This document shows, in pieces, positions 50,499 to 64,000 of a stretch of 64,000 nt of DNA (within the stretch, counting starts at the first letter, position 1; each line of letters starts with the position of its first letter). This DNA comes from Eledone cirrhosa (taxonomy: Eukaryota). The position numbers and the translations under genes were made by a program. Where the stretch lies: the NCBI GenBank assembly GCA_964016885.1, contig CAXHJY010000519.1:74119-138118 (forward strand), in the 5' to 3' direction. Below the pieces are notes generated by a model that was not told the DNA's origin, did not search any database, and was given only the letters and a program-made list of their open reading frames with translations.

Positions 50499-50747
50499 CT
50501 ATTTACTGATCTATAACATACTTGACCTCTTTTTCAACCCAAGAGACACATAAAACATATGCGCATATTGATCAACAGTGGGGTGACATTCATCAAATGA
50601 TATAGCATGGCAATTTACATATAAAGGTTCCATACCCTTAATACTATATATATATATATATATGTACAAACAAGCATACATATATACATGCATACAAACA
50701 CACATATATACGTACATTCATACATGTACACACACATATATACACAG

Positions 50748-50786
<39 letters not shown>

Positions 50787-50957
50787 TATGCGAACATATA
50801 TAGACAGATATATACACATATACACACACACGCATATATATATATATATATACATACACACATATACACACACACACATATATATATACACACACACATA
50901 CATACATACATTTACATTCACATATACACATACACATATATACATACACACACACGC

Positions 50958-51062
<105 letters not shown>

Positions 51063-51260
51063 TATATACACACATATATATACACACATACACACATATG
51101 CATACATATATACACAGATATATACATACATATATATACACACACACACGTATACAAATATACACATACAAATATACACATACATAACTAAAACAAAAAA
51201 AAAGAAAGAAAAGAATAAGGAAACATGAGACGAGGTGAGACTAGGCCAGCATTATTGTGT

Positions 51261-51450
51261 GGCAGTGGATTGGCAGTATCGGTAGAGAGTCGGACACCAT
51301 GCTTTCCAGCATAGTTACGGCCCTTTACGATCTGAGTTCAAATCCCGCCGAGGTTGACTTTGCCTTTCATCCTTACGGGGTCGATAAAATAAAGTACCAG
51401 TAATGCACTGGGTAATTGCTGGCCTTGTGCCTAAAGTAGAAACAATTATT
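51261..51450 (+). mobile_element. SINE family A
   Basis: Full-length match to family A. Confidence 0.9.
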
Positions 51451-52091
51451 GTGTGGCAGATATTGGGTGAAGTTCATAGAACACACACATACACACACAC
51501 ACACATACATATATACACACACATACACACACACATATATATACACACATACACACATACACACACACACACACAAACACATACACACACATACACACAC
51601 ATACACACACACACGCACACACATACACATACACATACACACATACACACACACACATACACACACACATATACACCCCCCACACACATACACACATGCA
51701 CACATACACACACACACACATACACACACATACCCCCCCAACACATATATATATATATATATATATATATGTAAAAGGATCGATCGACTTTCGTCAAATC
51801 GGACCGAGGAAACAATGTTTCCGTCGGTCTTTCCAGTTGCTAATACTATCTATCGGTCGTAACTCCAGGTAGAAGGAGCAACGTGAAATAAAGTGTCTTG
51901 CTCAAGGACATAACGCATTGCCCGGTTTGGGAATCAAACTCACAACCTCACGATTGCAAATCCAATTCTCTAACCACTCAGCCACACGCCTTCACTACAT
52001 ATATATATATATATGCCTACACACACACACACACACAAATTTATGACCCCACTACCCGGGAGCTCCCAACAGAAATGGTCGCATTTTTAAG

Positions 52092-55000
52092 GGATTGTTG
52101 GTGATGGTCACAGTTGGATTGTTGGTGATGGTCACGGTTGGATTGTTGGTGATGGTCACGGTTGGATTGTTGGTGATGGTCACGGTTGGATTGTTGGTGA
52201 TGGTCGCAGTTGGATTGTTGGTGCTGGTCACGGTTGGATTGTTGGTGCTGGTCACGGTTGGATTGTTGGTGATGGTCACGGTTGGATTGTTGGTGATGGT
52301 CGCAGTTGGATTGTTGGTGCTGGTCACGGTTGGATTGTTGGTGATGGTCGCGGTTGGATTGTTGGTGATGGTCACAGTTGGATTGTTGGTGATGGTCACG
52401 GTTGGATTGTTGGTGATGGTCACAGTTGGATTGTTGGTGATGGTCGCAGTTGGATTGTTGGTGATGGTCGCGGTTGGATTGTTGGTGATGGTCACGGTTG
52501 TACTGTTGGTGATGGTCGCAGTTGGATTGTTGGTGATGGTCACGGTTGGATTGTTGGTGATGGTCGCAGTTGGATTGTTGGTGATGGTCACGGTTGGATT
52601 GTTGGTGATGGTCACGGTTGGATTGTTGGTGATGGTCACGGTTGGATTGTTGGTGATGGTCACGGTTGGATTGTTGGTGCTGGTCACGGTTGGATTGTTG
52701 GTGCTGGTCACGGTTGGATTGTTGGTGATGGTCACGGTTGGATTGTTGGTGATGGTCGCAGTTGGATTGTTGGTGCTGGTCACGGTTGGATTGTTGGTGA
52801 TGGTCGCGGTTGGATTGTTGGTGATGGTCACAGTTGGATTGTTGGTGATGGTCACGGTTGGATTGTTGGTGATGGTCACAGTTGGATTGTTGGTGATGGT
52901 CGCAGTTGGATTGTTGGTGATGGTCGCGGTTGGATTGTTGGTGATGGTCACGGTTGTACTGTTGGTGATGGTCGCAGTTGGATTGTTGGTGATGGTCACG
53001 GTTGGATTGTTGGTGATGGTCGCAGTTGGATTGTTGGTGATGGTCACGGTTGGATTGTTGTTGATGGTCACAGTTGGATTGTTGGTGATGGTCACAGTTG
53101 GATTGTTGGTGATGGTCACGGTTGGATTGTTGGTGATGGTCACGGTTGGATTGTTGGTGATGGTCACGGTTGGATTGTTGGTGATGGTCGCAGTTGGATT
53201 GTTGGTGATGGTCACGGTTGGATTGTTGGTGATGGTCACAGTTGGATTGTTGGTGATGGTCACGGTTGGATTGTTGGTGATGGTCACGGTTGGATTGTTG
53301 GTGATGGTCACGGTTGGATTGTTGGTGATGGTCGCAGTTGGATTGTTGGTGATGGTCACGGTTTGATTGTTGGTGATGGTCACGGTTGGATTGTTGGTGA
53401 TGGTCGCGGTTGGATTGTTGGTGATGGTCACAGTTGGATTGTTGGTGATGGTCACGGTTTGATTGTTGGTGATGGTCACGGTTGGATTGTTGGTGATGGT
53501 CGCGGTTGGATTGTTGGTGATGGTCACGGTTGGATTGTTGGTGATGGTCGCGGTTGGATTGTTGGTGATGGTCACGGTTGGATTGTTGGTGATGGTCACG
53601 GTTGGATTGTTGGTGATGGTCGCAGTTGGATTGTTGGTGATGGTCACGGTTGGATTGTTGGTGATGGTCACGGTTGGATTGTTGGTGATGGTCACGGTTG
53701 GATTGTTGGTGATGGTCACAGTTGGATTGTTGGTGATGGCCACAGTTGGATTGTTGGTGATGGCCACGGTTGGATTGTTGGTGATGGTCACAGTTGGATT
53801 GTTGGTGATGGTCACAGTTTGATTGTTGGTGATGGTCACGGTTGGATTGTTGGTAATGTGGTCACGGTTGGATTGTTGGTGATGGTCACGGTTGGATTGT
53901 TGGTTATGGCCACAGTTGGATTGTTGGTGATGGTCACGGTTTGATTGTTGGTGATGGTCACGGTTGGATTGTTGGTGATGGCCACAGTTGGATTGTTGGT
54001 GTTGGTCACAGTTGGATTGTTGGTGATGGTCACAGTTGGATTGTTGGTGATGGTCACGGTTGGATTGTTGGTGATGGTCGCAGTTGGATTGTTGGTGATG
54101 GTCACGGTTGGATTGTTGGTGATGGTCACGGTTGGATTGTTGGTGATGGTCACGGTAGGATTGTTGGTGATGGTCACGGTTGGATTGTTGGTGATGGTCA
54201 CAGTTGGATTGTTGGTGATGGCCACAGTTGGATTGTTGGTGATGGCCACGGTTGGATTGTTGGTGATGGTCACAGTTGGATTGTTGGTGATGGTCACAGT
54301 TTGATTGTTGGTGATGGTCACGGTTGGATTGTTGGTAATGTGGTCACGGTTGGATTGTTGGTGATGGTCACGGTTGGATTGTTGGTTATGGCCACAGTTG
54401 GATTGTTGGTGATGGTCACGGTTTGATTGTTGGTGATGGTCACGGTTGGATTGTTGGTGATGGCCACAGTTGGATTGTTGGTGTTGGTCACAGTTGGATT
54501 GTTGGTGATGGTCACAGTTGGATTGTTGGTGATGGTCACAGTTGGATTGTTGGTGATGGTCACGGTTGGATTGTTGGTGATGGTCACGGTTGGATTGTTG
54601 GTGTTGGTCACAGTTGGATTGTTGGTGATGGTCACGGTTGGATTGTTGGTGATGGTCACGGTTGGATTGTTGGTGATGGTCACGGTTGGATTGTTGGTGA
54701 TGGTCACGGTTGGATTGTTGGTGTTGGTCACAGTTGGATTGTTGGTGATGGTCACAGTTGGATTGTTGGTGATGGTCACAGTTGGATTGTTGGTGATGGC
54801 CACAGTTGGATTGTTGGTGTTGGTCACAGTTGGATTGTTGGTGTTGGTCACAGTTGGATTGTTGGTGATGGTCACAGTTGGATTGTTGGTGATGGTCACA
54901 GTTGGATTGTTGGTGATGGTCACAGTTGGATTGTTGGTGTTGGTCACAGTTGGATTGTTGGTGATGGTCACAGTTGGATTGTTGGTGATGGTCACAGTTG

Positions 55001-58000
55001 GATTGTTGGTGATGGTCACAGTTGGATTGTTGGTGATGGCCACAGTTGGATTGTTGGTGTTGGTCACAGTTGGATTGTTGGTGTTGGTCACAGTTGGATT
55101 GTTGGTGATGGTCACAGTTGGATTGTTGGTGATGGTCACAGTTGGATTGTTGGTGATGGTCACAGTTGGATTGTTGGTGTTGGTCACAGTTGGATTGTTG
55201 GTGATGGTCACAGTTGGATTGTTGGTGATGGTCACAGTTGGATTGTTGGTGATGGTCACAGTTGGATTGTTGGTGATGGTCACGGTTGGATTGTTGGTGA
55301 TGGTCACGGTTGGATTGTTGGTGATGGTTACAGTTGGATTGTTGGTGTTGGTCACAGTTGGATTGTTGGTGATGGTCACGGTTGGATTGTTGGTGATGGT
55401 CACGGTTGGATTGTTGGTGATGGTCACGGTTGGATTGTTGGTGATGGTCACAGTTGGATTGTTGGTGATGGTCACAGTTGGATTGTTGGTGATGGTCACG
55501 GTTGGATTGTTGGTGATGGTCACGGTTGGATTGTTGGTGATGGTTACAGTTGGATTGTTGGTGTTGGTCACAGTTGGATTGTTGGTGTTGGTCACAGTTG
55601 GATTGTTGGTGATGGTCACAGTTGGATTGTTGGTGATGGTCACAGTTGGATTGTTGGTGATGGTCACAGTTGGATTGTTGGTGATGGTCACGGTTGGATT
55701 GTTGGTGATGGTCACGGTTGGATTGTTGGTGATGGTTACAGTTGGATTGTTGGTGTTGGTCACAGTTGGATTGTTGGTGTTGGTCACAGTTGGATTGTTG
55801 GTGATGGTCACAGTTGGATTGTTGGTGATGGTCACAGTTGGATTGTTGGTGATGGTCACAGTTGGATTGTTGGTGTTGGTCACAGTTGGATTGTTGGTGT
55901 TGGTCACAGTTGGATTGTTGGTGATGGTCACAGTTGGATTGTTGGTGATGGTCACAGTTGGATTGTTGGTGATGGTCACAGTTGGATTGTTGGTGTTGGT
56001 CACAGTTGGATTGTTGGTGTTGGTCACAGTTGGATTGTTGGTGATGGTCACAGTTGGATTGTTGGTGTTGGTCACAGTTGGATTGTTGGTGATGGTCACA
56101 GTTGGATTGTTGGTGTTGGTCACAGTTGGATTGTTGGTGTTGGTCACAGTTGGATTGTTGGTGTTGGTCACAGTTGGATTGTTGGTGATGGTCACAGTTG
56201 GATTGTTGGTGATGGTCACAGTTGGATTGTTGGTGTTGGTCACAGTTGGATTGTTGGTGTTGGTCACAGTTGGATTGTTGGTGATGGTCACAGTTGGATT
56301 GTTGGTGTTGGTCACAGTTGGATTGTTGGTGATGGTCACAGTTGGATTGTTGGTGTTGGTCACAGTTGGATTGTTGGTGATGGTCACAGTTGGATTGTTG
56401 GTGATGGTCACAGTTGGATTGTTGGTGATGGCCACAGTTGGATTGTTGGTGTTGGTCACAGTTGGATTGTTGGTGTTGGTCACAGTTGGATTGTTGGTGA
56501 TGGTCACAGTTGGATTGTTGGTGATGGTCACAGTTGGATTGTTGGTGATGGCCACAGTTGGATTGTTGGTGTTGGTCACAGTTGGATTGTTGGTGTTGGT
56601 CACAGTTGGATTGTTGGTGTTGGTCACAGTTGGATTGTTGGTGATGGCCACAGTTGGATTGTTGGTGTTGGTCACAGTTGGATTGTTGGTGTTGGTCACA
56701 GTTGGATTGTTGGTGATGGCCACAGTTGGATTGTTGGTGTTGGTCACAGTTGGATTGTTGGTGATGGTCACAGTTGGATTGTTGGTGATGGTCACAGTTG
56801 GATTGTTGGTGTTGGTCACAGTTGGATTGTTGGTGATGGTCACAGTTGGATTGTTGGTGATGGTCACAGTTGGATTGTTGGTGATGGCCACAGTTGGATT
56901 GTTGGTGATGGTCACAGTTGGATTGTTGGTGTTGGTCACAGTTGGATTGTTGGTGATGGTCACAGTTGGATTGTTGGTGATGGTCACAGTTGGATTGTTG
57001 GTGTTGGTCACAGTTGGATTGTTGGTGATGGTCACGGTTGGATTGTTGGTGATGGTCGCGGTTGGATTGTTGGTGATGGTCACGGTTGGATTGTTGGTGA
57101 TGGTCACGGTTGGATTGTTGGTGATGGTCACAGTTGGATTGTTGGTGATGGTCACAGTTGGATTGTTGGTGATGGCCACAGTTGGATTGTTGGTGATGGC
57201 CACGGTTGGATTGTTGGTGATGGTCACAGTTGGATTGTTGGTGATGGTCACGGTTGGATTGTTGGTGATGGTCACGGTTGGATTGTTGGTGATGGTCGCG
57301 GTTGGATTGTTGGTGATGGTCACGGTTGGATTGTTGGTGATGGTCACAGTTTGATTGTTGGTGATGGTCACAGTTGGATTGTTGGTGATGGTCACAGTTG
57401 GATTGTTGGTGATGGTCACAGTTGGATTGTTGGTGATGGTTACAGTTGGATTGTTGGTGATGGTCACAGTTGGATTGTTGGTGATGGCCACAGTTGGATT
57501 GTTGGTGATGGTCACAGTTGGATTGTTGGTGATGGTCACGGTTGGATTGTTGGTGATGGTCACGGTTGGATTGTTGGTGATGGTTACAGTTGGATTGTTG
57601 GTGATGGTCACAGTTGGATTGTTGGTGATGGTCACAGTTGGATTGTTGGTGATGGTCACAGTTGGATTGTTGGTGATGGTCACGGTTGGATTGTTGGTGA
57701 TGGTTACAGTTGGATTGTTGGTGATGGTCACAGTTGGATTGTTGGTGATGGTCACGGTTGGATTGTTGGTGATGGTCACAGTTGGATTGTTGGTGATGGT
57801 CACGGTTGGATTGTTGGTGATGGTCACGGTTGGATTGTTGGTGATGGTTACAGTTGGATTGTTGGTGATGGTCACGGTTGGATTGTTGGTGATGGTCACA
57901 GTTGGATTGTTGGTGATGGTCACGGTTGGATTGTTGGTGATGGTTACAGTTGGATTGTTGGTGATGGTCACGGTTGGATTGTTGGTGATGGTTACAGTTG

Positions 58001-61000
58001 GATTGTTGGTGATGGTCACAGTTGGATTGTTGGTGATGGTCACGGTTGGATTGTTGGTGATGGTTACAGTTGGATTGTTGGTGATGGTCACAGTTGGATT
58101 GTTGGTGATGGTCACGGTTGGATTGTTGGTGATGGTTACAGTTGGATTGTTGGTGATGGTCACAGTTGGATTGTTGGTGATGGTCACAGTTGGATTGTTG
58201 GTGATGGTCACAGTTGGATTGTTGGTGATGGTCACAGTTGGATTGTTGGTGATGGTCACAGTTGGATTGTTGGTGATGGTTACAGTTGGATTGTTGGTGA
58301 TGGTCACAGTTGGATTGTTGGTGATGGTCACAGTTGGATTGTTGGTGATGGTCACAGTTGGATTGTTGGTGATGGTTACAGTTGGATTGTTGGTGATGGT
58401 TACAGTTGGATTGTTGGTGATGGTCACGGTTGGATTGTTGGTGATGGTTACAGTTGGATTGTTGGTGATGGTCACAGTTGGATTGTTGGTGATGGTCACA
58501 GTTGGATTGTTGGTGATGGTCACAGTTGGATTGTTGGTGATGGTCACGGTTGGATTGTTGGTGATGGTCACGGTTGGATTGTTGGTGATGGCCACAGTTG
58601 GATTGTTGGTGATGGTCACAGTTGGATTGTTGGTGATGGTCACGGTTGGATTGTTGGTGCTGGTCACGGTTGGATTGTTGGTGATGGTCACGGTTGGATT
58701 GTTGGTGATGGTCACAGTTGGATTGTTGGTGATGGTCACGGTTGGATTGTTGGTGATGGTTACAGTTGGATTGTTGGTGATGGTCACAGTTGGATTGTTG
58801 GTGATGGTCACGGTTGGATTGTTGGTGATGGTCACAGTTGGATTGTTGGTGATGGTCAAGGTTGGATTGTTGGTGATGGTCACGGTTGGATTGTTGGTGA
58901 TGGTTACAGTTGGATTGTTGGTGATGGTCACGGTTGGATTGTTGGTGATGGTCACAGTTGGATTGTTGGTGATGGTCACGGTTGGATTGTTGGTGATGGT
59001 TACAGTTGGATTGTTGGTGATGGTCACAGTTGGATTGTTGGTGATGGTCACGGTTGGATTGTTGGTGATGGTCACAGTTGGATTGTTGGTGATGGTCACG
59101 GTTGGATTGTTGGTGATGGTCACGGTTGGATTGTTGGTGATGGTTACAGTTGGATTGTTGGTGATGGTCACAGTTGGATTGTTGGTGATGGTCACGGTTG
59201 GATTGTTGGTGATGGTCACAGTTGGATTGTTGGTGATGGTCACAGTTGGATTGTTGGTGATGGTCACGGTTGGATTGTTGGTGATGGTCACAGTTGGATT
59301 GTTGGTGATGGTCACGGTTGGATTGTTGGTGATGGTTACAGTTGGATTGTTGGTGATGGTCACAGTTGGATTGTTGGTGATGGTCACGGTTGGATTGTTG
59401 GTGATGGTCACAGTTGGATTGTTGGTGATGGTCACGGTTGGATTGTTGGTGATGGTCACAGTTGGATTGTTGGTGATGGTCACGGTTGGATTGTTGGTGA
59501 TGGTTACAGTTGGATTGTTGGTGATGGTCACAGTTGGATTGTTGGTGATGGTCACGGTTGGATTGTTGGTGATGGTCACAGTTGGATTGTTGGTGATGGT
59601 CACGGTTGGATTGTTGGTGATGGTCACGGTTGGATTGTTGGTGATGGTTACAGTTGGATTGTTGGTGATGGTCACAGTTGGATTGTTGGTGATGGTCACG
59701 GTTGGATTGTTGGTGATGGTCACAGTTGGATTGTTGGTGATGGTCACAGTTGGATTGTTGGTGATGGTCACGGTTGGATTGTTGGTGATGGTCACAGTTG
59801 GATTGTTGGTGATGGTCACGGTTGGATTGTTGGTGATGGTTACAGTTGGATTGTTGGTGATGGTCACAGTTGGATTGTTGGTGATGGTCACGGTTGGATT
59901 GTTGGTGATGGTCACAGTTGGATTGTTGGTGATGGTCACAGTTGGATTGTTGGTGATGGTCACGGTTGGATTGTTGGTGATGGTCACAGTTGGATTGTTG
60001 GTGATGGTCACGGTTGGATTGTTGGTGATGGTTACAGTTGGATTGTTGGTGATGGTCACGGTTGGATTGTTGGTGATGGTCACAGTTGGATTGTTGGTGA
60101 TGGTCACGGTTGGATTGTTGGTGATGGTTACAGTTGGATTGTTGGTGATGGTCACAGTTGGATTGTTGGTGATGGTCACGGTTGGATTGTTGGTGATGGT
60201 CACAGTTGGATTGTTGGTGATGGTCACGGTTGGATTGTTGGTGATGGTTACAGTTGGATTGTTGGTGATGGTCACAGTTGGATTGTTGGTGATGGTCACA
60301 GTTGGATTGTTGGTGATGGTCACAGTTGGGATTGTTGGTGCATGGGTCACGGTTGGATTGTTGGTGCTGGTCACGGTTGGATTGTTGGTGATGGTCACGG
60401 TTGGATTGTTGGTGATGGTCACAGGTTGGATTGTTGGTGATGGTTACAGTTGGATTGTTGGTGATGGTCACGGTTGGATTGTTGGTGATGGTCACGGTTG
60501 GATTGTTGGTGATGGTCACAGTTGGAATTGTTGGTGATGGTCACAGTTGGATTGTTGGTGATGGTCACGGTTGGATTGTTGGTGATGGTCACGGTTGGAT
60601 TGTTGGTGATGGCCACGGTTGGATTGTTGGTGATGGTCACAGTTGGATTGTTGTGATGGTCACGGTTGGATTGTTGGTGATGGTCACGGTTGGATTGTTG
60701 GTGATGGTCACAGTTGGATTGTTGGTGATGGTCACAGTTGGATTGTTGGTGATGGTCACGGTTGGATTGTTGGTGATGGTCACGGTTGGATTGTTGGTGA
60801 TGGCCACGGTTGGATTGTTGGTGATGGTTACAGTTGGATTGTTGGTGATGGTCACGGGTTGGATTGTTGGTGATGGTCACGGTTGGATTGTTGGTGATGG
60901 TCACAGTTGGATTGTTGGTGATGGTCACAGTTGGATTGTTGGTGATGTGCTCACGGTTGGATTTGTTGGTGATGGTCACGGTTGGATTGTTGGTGATGGT

Positions 61001-62544
61001 CACGGTTGGATTGTTGGTGATGGTCACAGTTGGATTGTTGGTGATGGTACAGTTGGATTGTTGGTGATGGTCACAGTTGGATTGTTGGTGATGGTCACGG
61101 TTGGATTGTTGGTGATGGCCACGGTTGGATTGTTGGTGATGGTCACAGTTGGATTGTTGGTGATGGTTACAGTTGGATTGTTTGGTGATGGTCACAGTAT
61201 GGATTGTTGGTGATGGTCACGGTTGGGATTGTTGGTGATGGCCACGGTTGGATTGTTGGTGATGGCCACGGTTGGATTGTTGGTGATGGTCACAGTTGGA
61301 TTGTTGGTGATGGTCACGGTTGGATTGTTGGTGATGGCCACGGTTTGGATTGTTGGTGATGGTCACAGTTGGATTGTTGGTGATGGTCACGGTTGGATTG
61401 TTGGTGATGGTCACGGTTGGATTGTTGGTAATGGCCACGGTTGGATTGTTGGTGATGGTCACAGTTGGATTGTTGGTGATGTCACGGTTGGATTGTTGGT
61501 GATGGCCACGGTTGGATTGTTGGTGATGGTCACAGTTGGATTGTTGGTGATGGTCACGGTTGGATTGTTGGTGATGGTCACGGTTGGATTGTTGGTGATG
61601 GTTACACAGTTGGATTGTTGGTGATGGTCACAGTTGGATTGTTGGTGATGGGTCACGGTTGGGATTGTTGAGTGATTGGATTGTTGGTGATGGTCACGGT
61701 TGGATTGTTGGTGATGGCCACGGTTGGATTGTTGGTGATGGTCACAGTTGGATTGTTGGTGATGGTCACGGTTGGATTGTTGGTGATGGCCACGGTTGGA
61801 TTGTTGGTGATGGTCACAGTTGGATTGTTGGTGATGGTCACGGTTGGATTGTTGGTGATGGTCACAGTTGGATTGTTGGTGATGGTCACGGTTGGATTGT
61901 TGGTGATGGTCACGGTTGGATTGTTGGTGATGGTCACGGTTGGATTGTTGGTGATGGTCACGGTTGGATTGTTGGTGATGGCCACGGTTGGATTGTTGGT
62001 GATGGTCGCAGTTGGATTGTTGGTGATGGTCACGGTTGGATTGTTGGTGATGGTTACAGTTGGATTGTTGGTGATGGTCACAGTTGGATTGTTGGTGATG
62101 GTCACGGTTGGATTGTTGGTGATGGTCACGGTTGGATTGTTGGTGATGGTTACAGTTGGATTGTTGGTGATGGTCACAGTTGGATTGTTGGTGATGGTCA
62201 CGGTTGGATTGTTGGTGATGGTCACGGTTGGATTGTTGGTGATGGTCACGGTTGGATTGTTGGTGATGGTCACGGTTGGATTGTTGGTGATGGTCACAGT
62301 TGGATTGTTGGTGATGGTCACGGTTGGATTGTTGGTGATGGTCACAGTTGGATTGTTGGTGATGGTCACGGTTGGATTGTTGGTGATGGTCGCAGTTGGA
62401 TTGTTGGTAATGGCCACGGTTGGATTGTTGGTGATGGTCGCAGTTGGATTGTTGGTGATGGCCACGGTTGGATTGTTGGTGATGGTCGCAGTTGGATTGT
62501 TGGTGATGGCCACGGTTGGATTGTTGGTGATGGTCACGGTTGGA
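52092..62544. repeat. 24-bp minisatellite, about 435 units (10.4 kb)
   Basis: Unit ggattgttggtgatggtcacRgtt with regionally clustered variants. Confidence 0.97.
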
Positions 62545-63424
62545 ATGGGTGTGAGAGTGTGGCAGGAATCACTTCTCCAATATGATATTTAGCATCGGAA
62601 TATCGATTTTTTTTTTTAGCATTTTGGTCATCTGTAACGATTCGATCATAGCAGGGAATGTATTTATTGTGTACGTGTGTGTACGTGTGTACGTATGTGT
62701 GTGTGTACGCGTCTGTATGTGTGTGTGTACGTGTGTGTACGTGTGTCTGTGTATGTGTGTATGTGTACGTGTGTGTGTGTACGTGTGTCTGTGTACGTGT
62801 GTGTGTGTATGTGACGGGAGAGGGGAACAGAATGAGACCAGATTGATGCTTTCTCTCTCTCTCTCTCTGGCACACACACTCTCTCTGGCACTCTCTCTCT
62901 CTCTCTCTCTGGCACACTCCCTCTCTCTGGCACACTCTCTCTCTGGCACTCTCTCCCTCTCTGGCACACACTCTCTCTCTCTCTGGCACACTCCCTCTCT
63001 TTGGCACACACACTCTCTCTCTGGCACACACTCTCTCTGGCACACTCCCTCTCTCTCTGGCACACTCCCTCTCTCTCTCTGGCACACTCCCTCTCTCTCT
63101 GGTATAGATGGAAAGATTGAGAGAGAGAGAGAGAGAGAGGGGAGGAGATAGATAGATAGATAGATAGATAATGGAGAGATTGAAAGAAAAAAAAGAGAGT
63201 GTGAGAGAGAGAGTGTGAGAAGAAACATAGAAGAGATAGAAAAGTAAGAAGAAAAGAAAGAAAGAAATCAGGTAAAGAAAGGTTTAATTAAGAATCTATA
63301 TCTTACTTATATGTCAATCCTAAAAGATCGATAAGATTGATCTATGTGATTGAAAAAATTACAAATAATTCTTTACTGTTATTTTGGGTCTCTTCTCTTC
63401 TATTTCTTACCATTACTAATACTG

Positions 63425-63432
63425 TCACTCTC

Positions 63433-63472
<40 letters not shown>

Positions 63473-63621
63473 TCTCACTCTCTCACTCTCTCTCACTCTT
63501 TCTCACTCTCTCTCACTCTCTCTCTCACTCTCTCTCTCTCACTCTCTCTCTCTCACACTCTCTCTCACTCTCTCTCACTCTCTCTCACTCTTTCTCACTC
63601 TCTCTCACTCTCACTCTCTCA

Positions 63622-63682
<61 letters not shown>

Positions 63683-64000
63683 TCTCACTCTCTCTCACTC
63701 TCTCACTCACTCTCTCTCACACTCTCACACACTCTAACTCTCTCTCACTCTCTCTCACTCTCTCTCTCACTCTCTCTCTCTCACTCTCTCTCTCTCACAC
63801 ACTCTAACTCTCTCTCACTCTTTCTCACTCTCTCTCACTCTTTCTCACTCTCTCTCACTCTCTCACTCTCACTCTCTCTCTCACCCTCTCTCTCTCTCTC
63901 TCACTCTCTCACTCTCTCTCACACTCTCTCACTCTCTCTCACTCTCTCTCACTCTCTCACTCACTCTCTCTCACACTCTCACACACTCTAACTCTCTCTC
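63425..64000. repeat. (CT)n/(CTCA)n microsatellite
   Basis: Directly visible. Confidence 0.95.

Noticed and set aside
52052-62592. 2000-aa ORFs on both strands
   Set aside because: They follow from a 24-bp unit lacking stops in several frames; no gene context

Overview
Eukaryotic, AT-rich, extremely repeat-dense and gene-poor DNA. The SINE, RTE-LINE and microsatellite make-up resembles an octopus (coleoid cephalopod) genome; this is inference. Firm features: one intact tRNA-Ala(AGC) gene (28085-28157, -); a nearly intact RTE retrotransposon (about 8400-11500, -) with APE, RT and a PHD-like finger, broken by one nonsense codon; many RTE, CR1 and Tx1-like fragments; several tRNA-derived SINE families; TTAA-flanked piggyBac-like MITEs; and Helitron-like 3' ends. 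Large tandem arrays are a 64-bp x38 array, a 49-bp array and a 10.4-kb 24-bp array. Less obvious signals: (i) about ten type I hammerhead-ribozyme motifs in four families, most inside Penelope-like or inverted-repeat fragments; (ii) the 64-bp satellite is an amplified piece of the C-terminal endonuclease coding region of a CRE-like retrotransposon; (iii) an inverted-repeat element whose two arms each carry a tRNA-like Pol III promoter; (iv) a cluster of Tx1-like 3' ends inserted in (GATA)n; (v) a tentative minus-strand host gene built from micro-exons. Almost all ORFs in the supplied track are simple-repeat artefacts. Repeat boundaries were read by eye and are approximate.
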